Below, piece by piece: positions 56,378 to 64,000 of a stretch of DNA of 64,000 nucleotides. The notes under the pieces are model-generated. The model was given only the letters and a program-made list of their open reading frames with translations. It made no database searches and had not been told where the DNA came from. The position numbers and the translations under genes are program-made. Positions within the stretch are counted from its first letter, which is position 1; each line of letters starts with the position of its first letter. Source of the stretch: an uncultured virus (IMG/VR IMGVR_UViG_3300025423_000014) (lineage: Duplodnaviria > Heunggongvirae > Uroviricota > Caudoviricetes); IMG/VR virus record IMGVR_UViG_3300025423_000014. One strand, 5' to 3'.

Positions 56378-57082
56378 ATGGCACGCACCACATTCGAAGG
56401 TCCAATTCTTTCAGGCGACGTTAGATTTGGACCCCTACGTAACGTAGGATATTCACAATTAGTTCAGAACATTGATATCAATATTGGTAACTCAACTGTT
56501 GGTTCATCTACATACGGTGGAGCATCTGGACAGTTTGTAGCTTCTAACGGTGTTCCTAACATCAACGGAACAGTTTTTGTTCCATCAGCTACAGCAACAC
56601 CAACAGCACAAACAATCCCTGCTGATACAGCTACTAACATCTATCGCGGCGCGGTATTTTATTTACCAACAGGCGCTGATTTAGACGATATCTTTTTTGA
56701 TATTCAAACAGCATTTTCTGTAACTGGCGGTACAGCTTCTCTGACTTCAGTTCAGTTCTTAGCAAGCAACAACTACACAGCTGCAGCCGGTACAGCCGCT
56801 TACTTCCAAACAGCCGCGATCACATCAAACGCTGTAGGTCGTCAATCACTAGCTACTTTTACAGGCACACAAATCAGTAATCAATCTGCAACTTCTACAG
56901 ACATTTATCAAGGCGGCAATCAGCCTAACTTGTCTCAAGTTGTTGTAACAATTGCATTGGTTGGTACTGCGCTATTAACTGCAACTTCTATTGCAGGACA
57001 AGTAAACGTAACGCTACGCTATACACAGCCTGATAACAACATTGGTACATTGACAACTTACCCCTACGGTAACTTTGACTAA
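56378..57082 (+). CDS. Virion structural protein (MARTTFEGP family)
   Basis: Thr/Ala-rich, predicted beta-rich; late operon. Confidence 0.6.
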   Translation: MARTTFEGPILSGDVRFGPLRNVGYSQLVQNIDINIGNSTVGSSTYGGASGQFVASNGVPNINGTVFVPSATATPTAQTIPADTATNIYRGAVFYLPTGADLDDIFFDIQTAFSVTGGTASLTSVQFLASNNYTAAAGTAAYFQTAAITSNAVGRQSLATFTGTQISNQSATSTDIYQGGNQPNLSQVVVTIALVGTALLTATSIAGQVNVTLRYTQPDNNIGTLTTYPYGNFD

Positions 57083-57091
57083 TTAATCCCC

Positions 57092-57114
57092 GGGGACTTC
57101 GGTCCCCATTTCTT
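57092..57114 (+). terminator. Hairpin terminator with UUCG tetraloop
   Basis: GGGGAC-TTCG-GTCCCC followed by ATTTCTT. Confidence 0.65.
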
Positions 57115-57131
57115 GATTTAAGGAGATTAAT

Positions 57132-57920
57132 ATGGCACAAAGCCCAAACGGTATACCAAGTACTAATAACCAAATCAATTCCATTACGCGTCAAGCGAAG
57201 GTGGAGCCTTTTGATTTACAGGTATCTCGCGGTCAAATTTTTGGTCATCAAACACTAAGTTTGTTTGGTTATCAATCCGCGGTTGGAAATACAAAAATCC
57301 CAGTATGGGAAAACGCAACTACTTACACATACATTACAACAGCCTCCACGCTTACGTTGGTAAGTTCTTCTGCATCAGATGACACTTTAGCAAGCATATT
57401 AATTAATGGTTTAGATGCTAACTTTAAACCAATTTCTGAAATAATAGCAATGAATGGGGTTACAGGTGTAACAACTGTTAACAGTTATTTTAGAGTTAAT
57501 AGCATGATAATGGTTTCCCCTGGAACCGGTCAAAACACTAATGTAGGTACTATCACTTTAAAACAAGTTTCAAACATTGTTGCACAAATTAATGCAGGAA
57601 TTGGTAAGACACAAAGTACCATTTATACAGTCCCTGCAGGCTATTCATTTTATTTGGATTTTGCGGAAGTAAACACTTCTAATAGCTATACATCATCCAA
57701 CATTGTTACGTATTCTGTACAAGCAATTAATAACCTTAACAACGTAAAACTAAATGTTTTGCAACAACCGTTTGTATCTATTTATACAGCAAATAGAAGT
57801 TCTGATCCCTTTTTGTATGCAGAAAAAACTGATGTTCAGTGGCAATTGGTTACAAGCACGGCTACGACCATTGCGGCTGGAGTTATTATTGCCGGTAAGT
57901 TAATTTCTAACGGATCTTAA
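57132..57920 (+). CDS. Hypothetical virion protein
   Basis: FDLQVSRGQI...GLDANF...YTVPAG...EKTD. Confidence 0.6.
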   Translation: MAQSPNGIPSTNNQINSITRQAKVEPFDLQVSRGQIFGHQTLSLFGYQSAVGNTKIPVWENATTYTYITTASTLTLVSSSASDDTLASILINGLDANFKPISEIIAMNGVTGVTTVNSYFRVNSMIMVSPGTGQNTNVGTITLKQVSNIVAQINAGIGKTQSTIYTVPAGYSFYLDFAEVNTSNSYTSSNIVTYSVQAINNLNNVKLNVLQQPFVSIYTANRSSDPFLYAEKTDVQWQLVTSTATTIAAGVIIAGKLISNGS

Positions 57921-57921
57921 A

Positions 57922-58173
57922 ATGGCTAAGTCTCCAGCATGGCAACGCAAGGAAGGCAAGAATCCGAATGGGGGGCTGAACGCCAAGGGGCGAGCCTCCG
58001 CAAAGAAAGAAGGGCACAACCTGAAACCCCCAGCCCCACATCCAAAAACAGAAAAAGATGCGGCTCGACGTAAATCTTTTTGTGCAAGAATGAGTGGTAT
58101 GCCCGGCGCAATGAAAGATGAAAAAGGAAAACCAACGCGTAAAGCGCTGTCTTTAAAAGCATGGAATTGTTAA
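57922..58173 (+). CDS. Small basic protein (DUF6321-like)
   Basis: KNPNGGLNAKGR...RRKSFCARM...LKAWNC. Confidence 0.6.
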   Translation: MAKSPAWQRKEGKNPNGGLNAKGRASAKKEGHNLKPPAPHPKTEKDAARRKSFCARMSGMPGAMKDEKGKPTRKALSLKAWNC

Positions 58174-58215
58174 AAAAACACTGATAAGTACAAAGAAACA
58201 AGAGAAGAGGTTTAA

Positions 58216-58401
58216 ATGGTACAACATGCAGAAAACGCAAAGAACGTAGTAGACGGCATAGCTATCGCTACCACCTTGGGAACATTGATGGAAGTATTAC
58301 CTTCGGTTTCTGCGGCTTTATCAATTGTTTGGTTAATTATTCGCATCTGGGAAACTGATACAGTTCAAGGTTGGATCAAAAAAAATGCCAAGCACGAGTA
58401 A
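58216..58401 (+). CDS. Small membrane protein
   Basis: LP...A.LSIVW..IRIWET.TVQ. Confidence 0.55.
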   Translation: MVQHAENAKNVVDGIAIATTLGTLMEVLPSVSAALSIVWLIIRIWETDTVQGWIKKNAKHE

Positions 58402-58747
58402 AAAACAACACAATCTTATGGCAGCGGTGGCGCACAACCCAGCGTTTGCTAAGAAGGTAGGGATCCCACAATCAGTGGGAAAAGACTTTAGCAACGCCGA
58501 TAAAGGCAAAAAATTTTCAAAAGGTGGTGATATGAAGAAAATGTCAAAAGGTGGAGACACCAGCATGTCTAACTCTAGCAAAGAGAAAAAAGGCATGACT
58601 AAAGAAACTATGGGTAAAGTTCGCACTGGCGCTCCTAGCAGAGACGGTATTGCTGAACGCGGAAAAACAAAAGGAAGAATGATCAGTATGGGTGGAAACT
58701 CTATTGGTACTGGCGGTTTGTATAATGTTAAAGGACCATCAAAATGA
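58385..58747 (+). CDS. Small basic protein with repeated xxKGG motifs
   Basis: MPSTSKKQHNLMAAVAHNP...FSKGG...MSKGG...RDGIAERGKTKG. Confidence 0.6.
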   Translation: MPSTSKKQHNLMAAVAHNPAFAKKVGIPQSVGKDFSNADKGKKFSKGGDMKKMSKGGDTSMSNSSKEKKGMTKETMGKVRTGAPSRDGIAERGKTKGRMISMGGNSIGTGGLYNVKGPSK

Positions 58748-58944
58748 AAAATGATTTTCCTCCAATGATGAACGAAGAGACACCTAAGCATGTTCATAAC
58801 GTAGATCATACTGAAAAAATGTATGGCGGTGACGGACATAAACAGCACCATGAGTTCTTTGGTCAACACGCTGCAGGACACAAAAAACACCACGAGCATG
58901 TTGAAGCTATGTGTGGTGGCGGAATGTCCGGTAGAAAAAAGTGA
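58744..58944 (+). CDS. His-rich small protein
   Basis: 11 His in 66 aa; ends MCGGGMSGRKK. Confidence 0.55.
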   Translation: MKNDFPPMMNEETPKHVHNVDHTEKMYGGDGHKQHHEFFGQHAAGHKKHHEHVEAMCGGGMSGRKK

Positions 58945-59180
58945 TGCCTAGTCGTGGAATGGGGGACATTGCTCCCTCAAAAATGCCTAAACCTGTGACT
59001 AAAAAACGCAGGGATGACACTGACTTTCAAGAATTTAAGAAGGGCGGTAAGGTCGGGCTTTATGCAAACATTAATGCCAAACGTGCACGTGGTGAAAAAA
59101 TGCGTAAGCCCGGTGATCCTGGGGCACCCACAAAACAAGACTTTATTAATTCTGCAAAAACAGCAAAGGTTAAAAAATGA
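58941..59180 (+). CDS. Small basic protein
   Basis: SRGMG...FKKGG..GLYANINAKR...MRKPG..GAPT. Confidence 0.6.
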   Translation: MMPSRGMGDIAPSKMPKPVTKKRRDDTDFQEFKKGGKVGLYANINAKRARGEKMRKPGDPGAPTKQDFINSAKTAKVKK

Positions 59181-59470
59181 GTATATTTGAAAAGTTTGAA
59201 AAGCAAGCAGGGACACTACTGCAAGAACTGAAAGAACATATACTTCATCAAACCATGAAGGGTAACAAAGTCGATCCTACTTTCCAAGATTTTGTTACAC
59301 ACTTAGAAGCCCATGTTAATAATACAACTGTTGTTACTCCCGCCCCTGTTGCTGTTGTTGAACCTGTTGAATCTACTCCAGCTCCTGTGGTATCTGATAC
59401 AGTGGTTGTGGCGACGCCTGTAGTTGAGCCAGTTCAGCACACAGAAGACCCAGATCACGCGACTAACTAA
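59177..59470 (+). CDS. Hypothetical protein with Pro/Val-rich tail
   Basis: 97 aa coupled ORF. Confidence 0.5.
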   Translation: MSIFEKFEKQAGTLLQELKEHILHQTMKGNKVDPTFQDFVTHLEAHVNNTTVVTPAPVAVVEPVESTPAPVVSDTVVVATPVVEPVQHTEDPDHATN

Positions 59471-59472
59471 AC

Positions 59473-60438
59473 ATGACCATCTCAACGCTTAATTCGCTGA
59501 CTTCGGGTACAGCGAGTTTTAACCTTAACTTAACTGAGTTATGTGAGGAAGCGTATGAACGCGCCGGTTTTGAGATGCGTACTGGTTATGAACTACGTAC
59601 GGCGCGAAGGTCTCTTAATTTGTTGTTTGCTGATTGGGCAAACCGTGGTATTAACATGTGGACGATGGAGCAAGGTACGATCACCCTTACTCCGGGTTTA
59701 AATACATATCCATTACCGCTTGACACAGTGGATCTTTTAGATCACGTTATACGCACAAACCCCAACAATACGTCCACTCAAGCGGACTTAACGATCACAC
59801 GTATCAGCGTATCTACATACGCAACAATTCCAAATAAACTAACTCAAGCCAGACCTATACAGGTTTGGGTACAGAGATTAAACGGACAAACGTATTCAAC
59901 TGGATATACCGTAGCAAGCGCAGTAGCGGCTACAGACACTACAATTACACTATCATCTACAGCTAATATGGCTACTGCCGGGTATGTTAATTTAATATCT
60001 AGTGGCGTAACAGAAACCATTTACTACAATAACATATCAGGGAATACCCTAGGTAATTGTTTTAGAGGGCAAAATAACACAACAGCCACCAGTTTTCCTG
60101 TTGGTGCAACAGTCAACGTACCTAATCTTCCAGCTATTACTGTTTGGCCGACCCCTGATGCATCACAAACTTATCAATTTGTGTACTGGCGCATGCGTAG
60201 AACGCAGGATGCTTCACAGTATGGTAACAACGTCATGGACGTTCCTTTTAGATTTATCCCTTGTATGGCGGCAGGTTTGGCGTACTATGTGGCTTTAAAA
60301 GTTCCAGATGGGCTACAAAGATTACCAATTTTAAAACAACAGTATGATGAGTTTTGGGAGTTGGCTGCTTATGAAGACCACGAAAAGGCTTCTTTGCGCT
60401 TGGTACCAAGACAGATGTTTATAGGTGGTGTTATTTAA
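59473..60438 (+). CDS. Probable head-tail adaptor protein with an inserted beta domain
   Basis: EEAYERAG...TARRSLNL..WANRG...VWP.PD...PFRF.PC..AGLAYY. Confidence 0.6.
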   Translation: MTISTLNSLTSGTASFNLNLTELCEEAYERAGFEMRTGYELRTARRSLNLLFADWANRGINMWTMEQGTITLTPGLNTYPLPLDTVDLLDHVIRTNPNNTSTQADLTITRISVSTYATIPNKLTQARPIQVWVQRLNGQTYSTGYTVASAVAATDTTITLSSTANMATAGYVNLISSGVTETIYYNNISGNTLGNCFRGQNNTTATSFPVGATVNVPNLPAITVWPTPDASQTYQFVYWRMRRTQDASQYGNNVMDVPFRFIPCMAAGLAYYVALKVPDGLQRLPILKQQYDEFWELAAYEDHEKASLRLVPRQMFIGGVI

Positions 60439-60828
60439 ATGGGTAATCGGTTTTCATCCGGCAAGAACTCGATTGCCGAGTGTGATCGGTGCGGGTTTCA
60501 ATTTAAGTTAAAAGAACTTAAAAAAGAAGTCATCAAGACAAAGACGTACGACTTGAAAGTCTGTCCCCAATGTTGGGACCCGGATCAACCGCAATTGCAA
60601 CTCGGTATGTACCCAGTTGATGATCCACAAGGCGTACAAGACCCAAGACCCGACACGACATATGTGGTTTCTGGTTTAGGTTCTGACGGATATAATGATG
60701 GAGGAAGCCGAATCATTCAATGGGGATGGAACCCTGTGGGCGGTTCAGAATTTTACGATTCAAGTCTTACGCCAAACAACTTGGCTTTGACCGTTTCAAT
60801 TGGGCAAGTTACAATCGCAACGACATAA
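60439..60828 (+). CDS. Zn-finger-like hypothetical protein
   Basis: CDRCG...VCPQCWD..QPQL. Confidence 0.6.
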   Translation: MGNRFSSGKNSIAECDRCGFQFKLKELKKEVIKTKTYDLKVCPQCWDPDQPQLQLGMYPVDDPQGVQDPRPDTTYVVSGLGSDGYNDGGSRIIQWGWNPVGGSEFYDSSLTPNNLALTVSIGQVTIATT

Positions 60829-60837
60829 GGAGTTATT

Positions 60838-61038
60838 ATGGCTAAGAAAGAAATGGATAAAGATTTGGCTCAAGATAAAGCCATGATCAAAAAAGCTTTT
60901 AAAGAGCACGACAAACAAGAGCATCCTGGTAAGCACACTAAAATCACACTTAAAAAAGGTGGTGTAACTGGCGCCAGTATGAGATCAATGGGTCGTAATC
61001 TGGCACGTGCACGTAACCAGAAACCTGGGAGCAAGTAA
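60838..61038 (+). CDS. Small basic protein
   Basis: QDKAMIKKAF..HD...H...LKKGG...MGRNLAR. Confidence 0.55.
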   Translation: MAKKEMDKDLAQDKAMIKKAFKEHDKQEHPGKHTKITLKKGGVTGASMRSMGRNLARARNQKPGSK

Positions 61039-61298
61039 TGGCTAAATTCAGTATGAAAAAGGGTGGCAAAGAAATAGGTCCTGCATCTACTTACGCAGCT
61101 CCCCATACTTCTGGCGGTAAAACGCTTGAAGAAAAAGACATCGGTTACTCTGTTGAAATGCCAACACGTAAGAACTGGACACCTTTAAATGGTGGAGTTT
61201 CTATTGGGCACAACGACATGGTTGAGTCTACTGGTATTGAAACACGTGGTAACGGCGCAGCTACCAAAGGTAGAATTGCTAGAGGACCAATGGCGTGA
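61038..61298 (+). CDS. Small basic protein
   Basis: MKKGG...RGNGAATKG..ARGPMA. Confidence 0.55.
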   Translation: MAKFSMKKGGKEIGPASTYAAPHTSGGKTLEEKDIGYSVEMPTRKNWTPLNGGVSIGHNDMVESTGIETRGNGAATKGRIARGPMA

Positions 61299-62290
61299 CA
61301 TATACAGAATTAGTCACAAGTATCCAAAGTTATACGGAAAATCAATTTCCGACTGTATATCTTGCTGATGGAACGAGTGAGTCTACAACAACTCAAATTA
61401 ATCGTTTCATCGAGCAGGCTGAACAACGCATATACAATAACATCCAGTTCCCTAGTCTTCGCGCTAACGTGACAGGAACATTGACTGCGGGTAATCAGTA
61501 TTTATCTTGCCCAAATGATTTTTTATCTGTGTATTCAATAGCGGTTTATCCTGCAACAGGAACCAATGCAAATACATTCACATACTTAATTAACAAAGAT
61601 GTGAACTTTATTCGTGAAGCGTTCCCAAGCACAACTTCCGCTTACTATGCACAACCCCAGTATTACGCGCTTTTTGGTCCTCAGTACAACAATATTGCAG
61701 AGCTAAGTTTTATTCTAGGACCAACGCCAGATCAAAACTACGCAGTAGAACTGCACTATTATTACTACCCACCCACAATTATTCAAGGCAGTATTACAGC
61801 AATTACACTAACAACTGCTGGATCAACATACACCAACGGTACATACTATGACGTTCCTTTAAGCTACAACGCATCACAGCCAACAAATGCGGGCGGTTCT
61901 ATTAATGGTAACTCAGGTCTTGCTACAATTGTAGTATCTGGTAACGTTGTTACTTCTGTAACAGTAACAAGTGGCGGAGCGTTTTATAGTGTTGGAGATA
62001 TATTGACGGTCTCCCCAACATACATTGGTTCAAGTGGTTCTGGATTTACAGCAACTGTGTCTAGTGTTGGAAACTCAACAGGCGTTACTTGGCTTGGGGA
62101 CAACTATGATGCGGTTTTGTTATATGCTTGTTTGGTAGAAGCGTATACCTACATGAAAGGCGAAGCCGATCTTGTAACTCTGTATAACACAAAGTACGTG
62201 GAAGCACTTGCAGAAGCTAAACGTCTTGGTGATGCACTTGAAAGACAAGACGCATATCGTTCAGGACAATACAGACAGGCGGTGACCTAA
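61295..62290 (+). CDS. Probable head-tail connector protein with an inserted beta domain
   Basis: MTYTEL...FIEQAEQRIY...KDVNFIRE...GPTPD...TWL....LLY..LVEA..YMKGE. Confidence 0.6.
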   Translation: MTYTELVTSIQSYTENQFPTVYLADGTSESTTTQINRFIEQAEQRIYNNIQFPSLRANVTGTLTAGNQYLSCPNDFLSVYSIAVYPATGTNANTFTYLINKDVNFIREAFPSTTSAYYAQPQYYALFGPQYNNIAELSFILGPTPDQNYAVELHYYYYPPTIIQGSITAITLTTAGSTYTNGTYYDVPLSYNASQPTNAGGSINGNSGLATIVVSGNVVTSVTVTSGGAFYSVGDILTVSPTYIGSSGSGFTATVSSVGNSTGVTWLGDNYDAVLLYACLVEAYTYMKGEADLVTLYNTKYVEALAEAKRLGDALERQDAYRSGQYRQAVT

Positions 62291-62718
62291 TGGCTTTTAT
62301 AGGAAATTGGGCTTGTGATGTATTTAAAACCGGCATGATGAACGGCGTGTATAACTTCACGTCTGGTAATTTTTACATTGCGCTGTACACCAATTCAGCT
62401 ACGCTTAATCAAAACACAACGGCTTATACAAGCATAGGCGAGACAACTGGATCAGGCTACACAGCGGGTGGTCAATTATTGGTTGTTTCACAAACCCCAA
62501 CTACAGGTAGTATAGGGGACACGGCGTATATTTCTTTTAATAATGCTGTATGGACAGGCGCAATTAGTGCACGAGGCGCGTTAATATATTTAAAAAATGG
62601 TACAACCAATCCTGCAGTTTGCGTTTTAGATTTTGGGGCAAGTAAGGCTTCTACTAGTTCGTTTACTGTACAATTTCCGGCTAGCACTAACACAGCTGCG
62701 ATTATTCGCATTTCATAA
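62290..62718 (+). CDS. Tail-associated structural protein
   Basis: FYIALYT...TTAY...GYTAGG...ARGALIY...VLDFG. Confidence 0.6.
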   Translation: MAFIGNWACDVFKTGMMNGVYNFTSGNFYIALYTNSATLNQNTTAYTSIGETTGSGYTAGGQLLVVSQTPTTGSIGDTAYISFNNAVWTGAISARGALIYLKNGTTNPAVCVLDFGASKASTSSFTVQFPASTNTAAIIRIS

Positions 62719-62727
62719 GGAACCATC

Positions 62728-63309
62728 ATGAGTAATGAGATTTCAATCATAGGAGACGTAGTAGATGCTACGGTCACCAGAGGCGCGGGGCAGACAGAAC
62801 TGTTTGGTCTGCAAGGCATATATAAAGCTGAGTGCTATGACGCACAGGGCAATCTTAAGTGGTCTGACCATATTGAGAACCTAACCACAAACGTGGGTCG
62901 TCAGAACTTGCTGAACTTTTACTTTATTTCTCCCTCGGCTACAAATGCCATTTACATGGGACTAATGGGTACAGGCTCACCTTCTTATACAGATACACAA
63001 GCCAGTCATGCAAGCTGGTTGGAAGTCGGAGGCGCTAACGCTCCTACATATTCTGGCACAAGAAAGACACCAAGTTTTACAACACCTACCACAGCTAACC
63101 CCTCTGTTTTGGTAACTTCTGCTGCGGTTGTGTTTAGTATGACTGGATCAGGAACTGTTGCAGGTGCGTTCATTAACGTGGGCGGTTCATCTACAATTGA
63201 TAACACAACAGGTATTTTATTCAGCGCAGGAGATTTTTCTGCGGGTTCTAAGACAGTATCGTCAGGCGACACAATAAATGTATCGTACTCGTTGTCAGCA
63301 TCGGGTTAA
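62728..63309 (+). CDS. Tail-associated structural protein
   Basis: G.LKW....NL...G...H.SW.E...GAF...GILFSA.DF. Confidence 0.6.
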   Translation: MSNEISIIGDVVDATVTRGAGQTELFGLQGIYKAECYDAQGNLKWSDHIENLTTNVGRQNLLNFYFISPSATNAIYMGLMGTGSPSYTDTQASHASWLEVGGANAPTYSGTRKTPSFTTPTTANPSVLVTSAAVVFSMTGSGTVAGAFINVGGSSTIDNTTGILFSAGDFSAGSKTVSSGDTINVSYSLSASG

Positions 63310-63312
63310 TAA

Positions 63313-64000
63313 ATGGCTCTAGTTCTGGCGGATCGTGTCCAGGAGACATCCACTACAAGTGGTACGGGTACGCTCACCCTAAATGGCGCGGTCAATGGAT
63401 ACCAATCTTTTGCCAACGGCGTTGGCAACGGGAACACCTGTTACTATACGATTTACGACACAGTCGCTTATACATGGGAAGTTGGGATTGGTACTTATAC
63501 TACGTCAGGCAGTACGTTAACGCGTACGACTGTTCTTTCTAATTCATCACAGACTACTTCGCTGATTAACTTTGCGGGTAACTTGATGAACGTGTGGGTG
63601 GACTATCCCGCAGAAAAAGCCATATATCAAGATGCAAGCGGAAATACCTATGTACCCAGTCTGGGAGGAACTACACCATCTACAGGTACGTTTACTACTA
63701 TTACAGGACAGACTGCTAACTTAACTGGTACTGGGCAAAATTTAATTGCGTATTCACAATTTCAATCTGGTTGGGCTATATCAAATGGCACTATTTCATT
63801 AAATTCTGCAACTGACCCATTAGGCACAACGACTGCCGCCACATTAACAATGTCTGGCGCATCTAATTTAAGTTTTTATTCTTCAACTGCGGCACTTACA
63901 AATGGCACTTATTACACTTATTCTATTTATGCCAAGGCAGGAACATCTAATACACTTCAAATAACTCTTCAGTCTTCTTCATCAAATGTATATGGTGTAA
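63313..64000 (+). CDS. Tail fibre protein, 3' truncated (not in the ORF track)
   Basis: MALVLADRVQETSTTSGTGTLTL...WEVGIGTY...YPAEKA; then NLTGTGQNLIAYSQF, like the lectin block of 1633..3720; open to the window end. Confidence 0.75.
   Translation, partial: MALVLADRVQETSTTSGTGTLTLNGAVNGYQSFANGVGNGNTCYYTIYDTVAYTWEVGIGTYTTSGSTLTRTTVLSNSSQTTSLINFAGNLMNVWVDYPAEKAIYQDASGNTYVPSLGGTTPSTGTFTTITGQTANLTGTGQNLIAYSQFQSGWAISNGTISLNSATDPLGTTTAATLTMSGASNLSFYSSTAALTNGTYYTYSIYAKAGTSNTLQITLQSSSSNVYGV

Noticed and set aside
57092..57107. GGGGAC...GTCCCC as a seventh early palindrome
   Set aside because: It has a TTCG tetraloop and a T-rich tail right after a stop codon, typical of an ordinary terminator.
1..64000. 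tRNA genes, integrase, alternative genetic code
   Set aside because: No tRNA-like cloverleaf or recombinase motifs were recognised by eye; long ORFs are intact in the standard code.

Overview
The window is most of the genome of a tailed dsDNA bacteriophage (Caudoviricetes). It looks podovirus-like: no tape measure, tail tube or sheath gene is evident, and ejection-type internal proteins follow a nozzle-like gene. It is probably circularly permuted, because tail-fibre-type ORFs run off both ends. The plus strand carries the late genes: terS/terL, portal, a GroES homologue, scaffold and major capsid (46.2-54.8 kb); two HNH genes around a hyperacidic ORF, small basic proteins, adaptors and tail proteins (54.8-64 kb); and tail fibres, a 2OG-Fe(II) oxygenase, a lysis cassette, nozzle and ejection proteins including a 2646-aa polyvalent protein (1-25.7 kb). 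The minus strand (45.8 down to 25.6 kb) carries early genes, an amidoligase + class II glutamine amidotransferase pair, an array of small genes with repeated junctions, and a replication module (family A DNA polymerase with Leu762, SNF2 helicase, PD-(D/E)XK nuclease, primase-DUF927 helicase). The most notable non-coding signals are: (1) a candidate ~85-nt small RNA at the early/late boundary that is complementary to the ribosome-binding/start regions of many of the phage's own early and replication genes; (2) six covarying 16-bp palindromes seen only in the early region; (3) a ~290-bp degenerate inverted repeat (candidate origin); (4) conserved 18-bp gene-junction cassettes; (5) a -1 frameshift at an A9 run in the lysis module; (6) a pseudoknotted leader RNA downstream of the capsid gene; (7) a Pho-box-like promoter before the hyperacidic gene. 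All protein assignments come from motif recognition by eye; no searches were run. No integrase, tRNA, CRISPR array or reverse transcriptase was seen.
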